A DNA stretch of 30,896 bases, from positions 1-30,896 of IMG/VR virus record IMGVR_UViG_3300037419_001742. One strand, given 5' to 3'. Both the position numbers and the translations under genes were made by a program. The notes below the pieces were generated by a model, which did not search any database, was not told where the DNA came from, and saw only the letters and a list, made by a program, of their open reading frames with translations. The stretch comes from a virus (Duplodnaviria; Caudoviricetes). Below, in pieces: positions 25,516-30,896 of the stretch; position 1 is the first letter of the stretch; each line of letters begins with the position of its first letter.

Positions 25516-25788
25516 ACCGCGTCGGAGGTTGCAGTGGAGGTGCGCAGCCTTGAGGTTGCTCATGGCGTCGGTCCCGCCTTGCGATCGTGGGATGACGTGG
25601 TCAGCGCTGTCGGCCCCGGGCTTTCCGCAGAGCCAGCAGATGCCGTGGTCTCGGGCGAGGACTACAGCGCGAAGCGTGCGCCAGCGGTGATTGCTGCCAC
25701 CGCGGCTGCCTCGGTCCTTGCGCCGGCGCGTGTGGGTTGGACAGGGGAGCAGATTCGGGCAGCCCGGCTCGCGACAGACCCTGGTCAT
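25432..25788 (-). CDS. HNH endonuclease (packaging-associated)
   Basis: RDHGICWLCG...DHVIPRSQGG...NLKAAHLHCN. Confidence 0.93.
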   Translation of the reverse strand: MTRVCREPGCPNLLPCPTHTRRRKDRGSRGGSNHRWRTLRAVVLARDHGICWLCGKPGADSADHVIPRSQGGTDAMSNLKAAHLHCNLRRGTRDPRGETPSDGVTTPRKGASRGVYGF

Positions 25789-25892
25789 GCGCCTTCTCCG
25801 GTAAGCCAGGCGTAGGACCATGCGCGCTCAACGGCCACGTCCCAAGCGAGGCCATCGTGGAAGTGAAACCAGAGTGCGGTGTAGGGCTTCAT
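25785..25892 (-). CDS. 35-aa aromatic-rich small protein
   Basis: Not in ORF track; MKPYTALWFHFHDGLAWDVAVERAWSYAWLTGEGA with GGGAGG RBS and ATGA overlap with HNH. Confidence 0.6.
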   Translation of the reverse strand: MKPYTALWFHFHDGLAWDVAVERAWSYAWLTGEGA

Positions 25893-26030
25893 GAGCGTCC
25901 CCTCCCGGCTGAAGGCGTACTACGCCTAGCGCCAGTTCCGTCGCCGAGGCCGAGGCCATGAGGGCGATAGGAGGGCGCAATGGGCAGTGTAGGGGCCCGT
26001 CGGACGGAACCGCTACTACGGGGTTGCGCG

Positions 26031-26624
26031 TCATGCCACCACGTCCTCCGGGGGTCGATCGAGGAGCGCCTCGACGGCCTCCATGCGCCGAACCGCTGCG
26101 GGTGGCTCGAGGCCCCGCCTGCGCCGCGCCTCGCGCAGCTCGTCGCGCGACTCCGGCACCGCGCCCTCGCGCTGCGAGCGACGTGCCCGCTCAAGCGCCT
26201 TGGCGATCACGTGCAGCTCGTGGGAGATGTCGACGTGCTGGCGCTTGGCCCGCTGCCGGGCGTCCTCCATGCGCTGCTCGAGGCTCAGCGAGCGCCGCCG
26301 CTCGCGCATGTCCTCGATCTCGCGGGCCCGGCGCAGCGAGTCGACCTTGTGGGCGACCTCCACGTAGGAGGCCACGGCCGCGCCGATGGACTCCGGCTCG
26401 TCGTAGAGGGTCGCCGCCGCCCGGATGCGCTCGGCGACCTCCGGTGAGACCTCCACGGCCCGCGCCGCGGCCTCGGAGGCGTCGGACTGGACCTCGGGCA
26501 CGCCGCGCAGGGGCTGGGAGACGTAGGCGCCGTTGCCGCCCGAGCCGGTCGGGGCAAGGAAGCGCCGGCCACGGGGCTCACGGATCGCCTGCTCGAGCTC
26601 GGCGTTGGTGTGGTCCTCGAGCAT
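26031..26624 (-). CDS. Hypothetical charged helical protein (197 aa)
   Basis: In operon; Arg/Glu-rich helices; last gene before the intergenic gap preceding packaging genes. Confidence 0.7.
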   Translation of the reverse strand: MLEDHTNAELEQAIREPRGRRFLAPTGSGGNGAYVSQPLRGVPEVQSDASEAAARAVEVSPEVAERIRAAATLYDEPESIGAAVASYVEVAHKVDSLRRAREIEDMRERRRSLSLEQRMEDARQRAKRQHVDISHELHVIAKALERARRSQREGAVPESRDELREARRRRGLEPPAAVRRMEAVEALLDRPPEDVVA

Positions 26625-26627
26625 CGA

Positions 26628-26915
26628 CTACCGCCCCCGGTTGATGATGGGCTCGACGCCCATCGCTTCTAGCGCCCGCGCGGCAATGTGCCACGCCTCG
26701 GTGCTGGTACCGGTCACGCGCTTGACCTCGCACAGCGCCTCTACGGCCCCCCGGTCGGTGTCGGGACGGGCGACGAACCGCTCACAGCCGCACGACGCGC
26801 TTCGGCCGCCGTGCCGGTCCGGCATGAAGCCCTGGCACTCCGGGATGTGCTGAATCGGCCCGTGGCCGCAGACGCAACGCGCAAGAACATCCATTCCGGA
26901 ACCCTCCTCGGTCAC
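26628..26915 (-). CDS. Small Cys/His zinc-binding protein
   Basis: CVCGH....H...C...CGC motif; start may be the internal ATG. Confidence 0.65.
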   Translation of the reverse strand: MTEEGSGMDVLARCVCGHGPIQHIPECQGFMPDRHGGRSASCGCERFVARPDTDRGAVEALCEVKRVTGTSTEAWHIAARALEAMGVEPIINRGR

Positions 26916-27481
26916 GCCACACCCGCCTCTCGCGCGGCCTGGACGGCGGCGAAGTCCTCGGGATCACCGCCGTGGTCGGGGTGAGTGGCGAACAGCGCCC
27001 GGCGCACGTCCCCACCGTGCTCGCGGATGATCGCCGCACCGCGATCCGGGCTCGGGCCGCCGGCGGGCAGCGCCTTCCACCCGGCGTACTGCTCGCCGCG
27101 ACGGGTGATGCCGAAACGATCGACGGCCCGCAGCGCCTCGAGGCCGAGAGCGATCGATCGTACGTTGTGCTCCCAACGCTCACAGACGTCGGTCGCGTAG
27201 ACGAGCCGGCCGTGCGGTGAGTCGAAGCTCAGCTCGATGCCCGGGAAGGCCGGCTCACGGGCGTTGGAGCGCGGCCAGCCGTCCAGGCGGATGTCGGCCT
27301 CACGGAAGCCGGCGCCGATGACGGCGTTGCTCGCATGCAGGTGACGCAGCTCGCGTTCGAGCAGCTCGAGCGTCGACGACCACGGCGCCTTGAACGTCCA
27401 GCGCGACCGACGGCGCTCGACGGGGGTCTCCGGGTGCGGCCACAGCGCCATCGGGCGGAAAGTCGCAGCGATCATGAGCAA
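26912..27481 (-). CDS. Phage protein with C-terminal truncated J-domain
   Basis: ALFATHPDHGGDPEDFAAVQAARE (HPD motif); NVRSIALGLEALRAVDRFG; start may be ATG a few codons in. Confidence 0.85.
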   Translation of the reverse strand: MLMIAATFRPMALWPHPETPVERRRSRWTFKAPWSSTLELLERELRHLHASNAVIGAGFREADIRLDGWPRSNAREPAFPGIELSFDSPHGRLVYATDVCERWEHNVRSIALGLEALRAVDRFGITRRGEQYAGWKALPAGGPSPDRGAAIIREHGGDVRRALFATHPDHGGDPEDFAAVQAAREAGVA

Positions 27482-27537
27482 CCCCGCGGTTGCACATCAT
27501 GGCTTCCCGGGCGGCGGGGGGCGGCCACGGCTTGGCG

Positions 27538-27670
27538 CTTCCCGCCCCCTCTGTATAGGGCGAAACGCACCGCACAGCGACCGACGACGCGCGACAGGCG
27601 AGCGAATAGCGAATAGCCGGGGGAGCGATGCCCCATGTGGGGCGTTTCGCCCTTAACACGAGGGCGGAAG
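27538..27670. repeat. Long imperfect inverted repeat with perfect 12-bp core
   Basis: AGGGCGAAACGC 27557..27568 vs GCGTTTCGCCCT 27642..27653, extended by imperfect outer arms; AGCGAAT tandem inside. Confidence 0.8.
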
Positions 27671-27671
27671 G

Positions 27672-27863
27672 TCACGCCGCCAACCTGTGGGCACGCGGAG
27701 CCTCGAGCGCCGCACACAGCTCGGCGTGGTCGAAGGTCAGCGTCTCGCCATCGTCGAGCACAAGCACAGCCGCCTCACCCGCCACGACGGTGACGAGCAC
27801 CGGCTCGGCCTCCGGTGTGTGCTCAGCGCGTCCCGCGCGGTGGGCGGTGATGAGCGTCTCCAT
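27672..27863 (-). CDS. Small hypothetical protein (63 aa) ending in LAA
   Basis: GAGGAGG RBS with ATG. Confidence 0.75.
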   Translation of the reverse strand: METLITAHRAGRAEHTPEAEPVLVTVVAGEAAVLVLDDGETLTFDHAELCAALEAPRAHRLAA

Positions 27864-27914
27864 GATGCGGTCCTCCTCGTGGTGGATGACCGCGCACCCC
27901 GCTCAGGGGCGCAG

Positions 27915-27942
27915 ATGCTCGGCAACGCCGATTATCGAGCAT
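27915..27942. other. dif-like recombination site candidate (11-6-11)
   Basis: Minus strand ATGCTCGATAA-TCGGCG-TTGCCGAGCAT, arms 9/11 complementary, contains recombinase stop codon. Confidence 0.55.
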
Positions 27943-28876
27943 CAGCGGCGCGCTGCGGCGTATCGGGGTGCGCGGTGGTTGATAGCCGGCGGTAGGCGAA
28001 TCCGTGCACGCTGACGGCCAGCTCGTCGAGCGTCGGGCGTTCGGTGTAGGTCGAAGCGGTGGTCTCCACGCTCGTGTGACCCATGAGCGCCTGGGCGGCC
28101 TTGAGGCCCGCGTACCGGGCCACGTGGTCGCCGTAGGCATGGCGCAGCGTGTGCGGCCCGATGTCGGCGCCGAGCTGCGCACGGCGACCGACGCGCTGCA
28201 CGAGCTTGTAGAGCCCGCTCGAGGAGATCGGCGTGTCCGGACGTTCGACGAGCTCGCGATGGATCGGCGGGTCCACCGAACGCCGCGACGGGATCACGTA
28301 GTCGCTCGCGCCGACCGTCGTGCGGATCTCCGAGACGATCGGCTCGAGCTCTGCGAGCACGGGCACCCACCGCTCGCGGGAGCCCTTGGCGATGTCCGGC
28401 GAGAACCACACCCAGCCGTCGCGAGCGAAGTGGCGACCCTGGAAGCCGCGCAGCTCGGCACGCCGCGCGCCGGCGAGCACGCCGAGATGGATCACCCAGC
28501 GCTCGCGCCGCCGGGCGAGGCTCGCGTCCATGAGGCGCACGACTTCCTCGCGTGTCGGGCGGAACACCGCGACCGGCCGTTCGCGGGCGCGGCGGACCAT
28601 GCGCGCCGGGTTGGTGTCGCGCAGCTCCTCCTCCATCGCCCAGTCGTAGAAGCTCACGAGGATCGCGTGCGCCTGGCGCTGGGAGTTCGGGTGCGCCCAG
28701 CGGCGCAGCGTGGTCTTGACGCCCCCGCGGCCGACCGTCGCCGGGTCGCGATCTCCGACGTCGTCGCAGTGCGCGCCGAGCACGCGCCGGTACGCCGCGT
28801 CGGTGTTGGGCGAGTTGATGCGACCCTGGGAGCGCATATCGGCCACGTACTCGTCGATGGCGACGGCGAACCTCAT
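27932..28876 (-). CDS. Tyrosine recombinase, XerC/D-sized, no arm-binding domain
   Basis: Complete catalytic set: GARRAEL (R), AKG (K), HTLRH (HxxR), MGH, TTASTY (Y); 314 aa. Confidence 0.95.
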   Translation of the reverse strand: MRFAVAIDEYVADMRSQGRINSPNTDAAYRRVLGAHCDDVGDRDPATVGRGGVKTTLRRWAHPNSQRQAHAILVSFYDWAMEEELRDTNPARMVRRARERPVAVFRPTREEVVRLMDASLARRRERWVIHLGVLAGARRAELRGFQGRHFARDGWVWFSPDIAKGSRERWVPVLAELEPIVSEIRTTVGASDYVIPSRRSVDPPIHRELVERPDTPISSSGLYKLVQRVGRRAQLGADIGPHTLRHAYGDHVARYAGLKAAQALMGHTSVETTASTYTERPTLDELAVSVHGFAYRRLSTTAHPDTPQRAADAR

Positions 28877-29019
28877 CGACCGCGTCCCGCGTAGCGAACA
28901 GGAGAAACAGGCAACACACCCCGTACTTTTTTTCTCCTACTCATTACTCACCGGATTTCCGACCGGCGCTCTTTGGCTCTGCGCCGTGGTTTGCGTGGTG
29001 CGCCGGGGTGAGTAGCCGC

Positions 29020-29652
29020 TCATTGCTCCCCCACTCTCATGTCGAGGGCGCCGAGCGGTGCGCGGTAGTAGCTCGCGGTGGTCCTGTGCAGCGACATCTT
29101 ACGCCCCTCGCGGACGTAGTTGACGTTGCAGCGCTCGAAGCCGATGTCACGCAGCGCCTGGTAGAGCTCTGAGAGCTTGACCTGCTCGAGCAGCTCGCGG
29201 CGCACGTACTTGGCGAAGTTCTGCGCCTGCACGTGCAGCTTGCCCTCCTCGATGAACGGCATGCCGGCGCCCGCGGCGCCGTTGCGATCGGTGCTGGCGC
29301 CCTGGGCGTAGGTGGCCACCCAGTCGCGCACGGTGTCCTCGAAGCTCTCCCCGGGCGTCTCGATGATGTCGCAGCCGAAGTTGACCATCGCCCGGATGCC
29401 CTTGCGCCAGACGCGCTGCTCGACGCTGTAGGGCACCTTGCCGAGCGCCACGGCGAGCACCTTGTGGACCTCGGTCTGCGACCACAGCACCTTGATGGTC
29501 CCGATGCGCACCACCTGGCCGTCTGAGAACTCGAGCGCGTAGACGGCGGTCTGCGGGTCGCGTCCGCGCTGGGTGAGCCGCGTGATCGGGTCCAGGTCGA
29601 GCATCCGCGCGAACTCGCCGGTGGCGATGGCCCGCTTGCCGTTCTCGCTCAT
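29020..29652 (-). CDS. Hypothetical protein, possible replication-associated winged-helix
   Basis: 210 aa; C-terminal NFAKYVR...ELYQALRDIGF pattern resembles primase/helicase C-terminal domains; function is a guess. Confidence 0.55.
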   Translation of the reverse strand: MSENGKRAIATGEFARMLDLDPITRLTQRGRDPQTAVYALEFSDGQVVRIGTIKVLWSQTEVHKVLAVALGKVPYSVEQRVWRKGIRAMVNFGCDIIETPGESFEDTVRDWVATYAQGASTDRNGAAGAGMPFIEEGKLHVQAQNFAKYVRRELLEQVKLSELYQALRDIGFERCNVNYVREGRKMSLHRTTASYYRAPLGALDMRVGEQ

Positions 29653-29978
29653 CGGCCCTCCAAGAGCTCGTCGAAGGCGGCCTCGGCCGCGCGGGCGACG
29701 ACGTCGGTGTCGTCCTCGTCCTCGACGCGCCGCGCGTCTGAGGGGATGTCTGCGAGCACGTCGGCGCGGTACCAGTCGCCGCGCCGGTGGTGCTCATGCC
29801 AGCGCACGTGCAGCTCGCGCTCGAGGCGCTCGTCGCCGTCGAGCAGGGCGTGCACGTGCAGCAGCTCGGGGTTGCCCTCCTGCAAGCGCTTGATCTTGCG
29901 CGCCAGCGCGCGGCGGTCGACGGTGCCGACGAGCACGGCGTCGGACTCGCCGGCCCGGATGAGGTAGACGACGTTCAC
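29649..29978 (-). CDS. T5orf172/MUG113 GIY-YIG-family protein
   Basis: VYLIRAG, LQEGNP, LERELH, RRGDWY. Confidence 0.8.
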   Translation of the reverse strand: MNVVYLIRAGESDAVLVGTVDRRALARKIKRLQEGNPELLHVHALLDGDERLERELHVRWHEHHRRGDWYRADVLADIPSDARRVEDEDDTDVVARAAEAAFDELLEGR

Positions 29979-30023
29979 GGGCGCGCCGGGACCTCCCCCT
30001 CGCCGCGTGATAGGGGCGATGGC

Positions 30024-30287
30024 CTAGACACGCTCACCATCCAGCACCGTCGGGATCTCGACCTCGTGGTAGTGGATGGCGAACGTCCACCGATCCTCGA
30101 CCTCGGGCTCGTCATCGAAGTCCGAGAACCACCGCCTAGCGAGGTTCAGGATGCGCTCGGTCTCCTCGGACCAGTGATCGACCAGGCTCTCTGATATCGC
30201 CCCGACGAACTGCGGCGGGTAGCGGTCGGTCCGGTCGAACGCCCACAGCGCGGCGACGCTCTTTTTGCCTCGACTTTGGGGCGTCAT
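30024..30287 (-). CDS. Hypothetical protein (87 aa)
   Basis: From MTPQSRGKK, ATGA overlap with upstream gene. Confidence 0.65.
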   Translation of the reverse strand: MTPQSRGKKSVAALWAFDRTDRYPPQFVGAISESLVDHWSEETERILNLARRWFSDFDDEPEVEDRWTFAIHYHEVEIPTVLDGERV

Positions 30288-30661
30288 CGACGCCCGTCCT
30301 GCACGACAGGAAGCTCGGACGCTCGCAGCACGAGCGCCGACCTCGGCCCGTCGAACTCCGCGTTGGCGGCATAGAGCGGTTGAATCTGGAAGTCGATCGG
30401 CAGTCCGGTCATCTTCTGGCCGAGCGTCGTCCACGCGAGATTCCAGAGCCTCAGTCGAACCGCGTCGTGCGTCTCGCCCTGCGGGTCGCCGAAGTACTCG
30501 GCGTACTCCTCATCAGGAAGCAGCAACCGCACGTCCACATCACGCCAGTCGCGCTTCTCGGTGAGCGACGAGCCGACCTGAAACGGGACGTGGCCGAACG
30601 CCTGATCGACGTGCGCGCCGAACAGGCGTAGCAGGTAGCCGTCGTGGGGTCCGACGCCCAT
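30284..30661 (-). CDS. Minimal Pol-beta-family nucleotidyltransferase-like protein
   Basis: From MGVGPHDG with AAGGAG RBS; VGSS...RDVDVRLLL and PIDFQI match GS/DxD/D. Confidence 0.72.
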   Translation of the reverse strand: MGVGPHDGYLLRLFGAHVDQAFGHVPFQVGSSLTEKRDWRDVDVRLLLPDEEYAEYFGDPQGETHDAVRLRLWNLAWTTLGQKMTGLPIDFQIQPLYAANAEFDGPRSALVLRASELPVVQDGRR

Positions 30662-30698
30662 CAGGAACTCCTTCTTCGGCGGGACTGGGGCGTCTCGT

Positions 30699-30896
30699 TC
30701 ATCGTTCCTCCTCGGCGTCGATCGCGTCCATCTCGGCCTCCACGTCCGCGGCGCTGTGCGCCACGATCGCGACCGCCCCGGCCGCCGCGGCGCGCTCGAG
30801 TTCGTAGCGCTGCAGCTTCGTCGGCCCCCGCCCGGGCTGCTTGGCCTCCGCGAGGATCGCCCGGCCATGGAAGACGATGAAGTGGTCGGGCAGTCC
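30699..30896 (-). CDS. VRR-NUC family nuclease, C-terminal part
   Basis: Not in ORF track; hand translation GLPDHFIVFHGRAILAEAKQPGRGPTKLQRYEL...VAHSAADV, a PD-(D/E)xK VRR-NUC pattern. Confidence 0.88.
   Translation of the reverse strand, partial: GLPDHFIVFHGRAILAEAKQPGRGPTKLQRYELERAAAAGAVAIVAHSAADVEAEMDAIDAEEER

Larger units (their letters stand above)
1..30896 (-). mobile_element. Contractile-tailed (myovirus-like) phage/prophage segment, both ends outside the window
   Basis: Continuous, translationally coupled terminase-portal-capsid-neck-sheath-tube-baseplate-lysis gene order; no host housekeeping genes or att boundaries seen. Confidence 0.96.

Noticed and set aside
27538-28876. Protelomerase with telomere site
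   Set aside because: No long uninterrupted palindrome; protein has ordinary Xer/Int size and motifs
27942-28919. 325-aa ORF overlapping the recombinase
   Set aside because: Arg-rich alternate frame with no motif; catalytic residues are all in 27932..28876
1-30896. CRISPR array, tRNA, reverse transcriptase/DGR, intein or IS
   Set aside because: No spaced repeats, cloverleaf, RT, intein or transposase motifs seen by eye; a covariance-model scan would be needed to exclude small RNAs

Overview
The whole window is one GC-rich, actinobacterial-type tailed phage or prophage segment, almost all on the minus strand. Read right to left: late replication/accessory genes (VRR-NUC, minimal nucleotidyltransferase, T5orf172/GIY-YIG, unknown protein), a Xer/Cre-sized tyrosine recombinase, a J-domain protein, HNH, terminase small and large subunits, SPP1-type portal, MuF-like protein, scaffold, major capsid, a block of head-adjacent accessory/fibre genes, neck, contractile tail (sheath, tube, -1 frameshifted chaperone, tape measure, LysM, hub fused to NlpC/P60, spike, gp25, baseplate J, gpI-like, short fibre) and the start of a lysis cassette. 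Two cassettes lie on the opposite strand: a lipoprotein metzincin protease, and a small ORF plus a GT2 glycosyltransferase that share a duplicated 36-bp ECF-like leaderless promoter. The most notable non-coding signals are a dif-like 11-6-11 palindrome on the recombinase stop codon and a long imperfect inverted repeat just downstream. All product calls come from motifs and synteny read by eye; no database searches were run.
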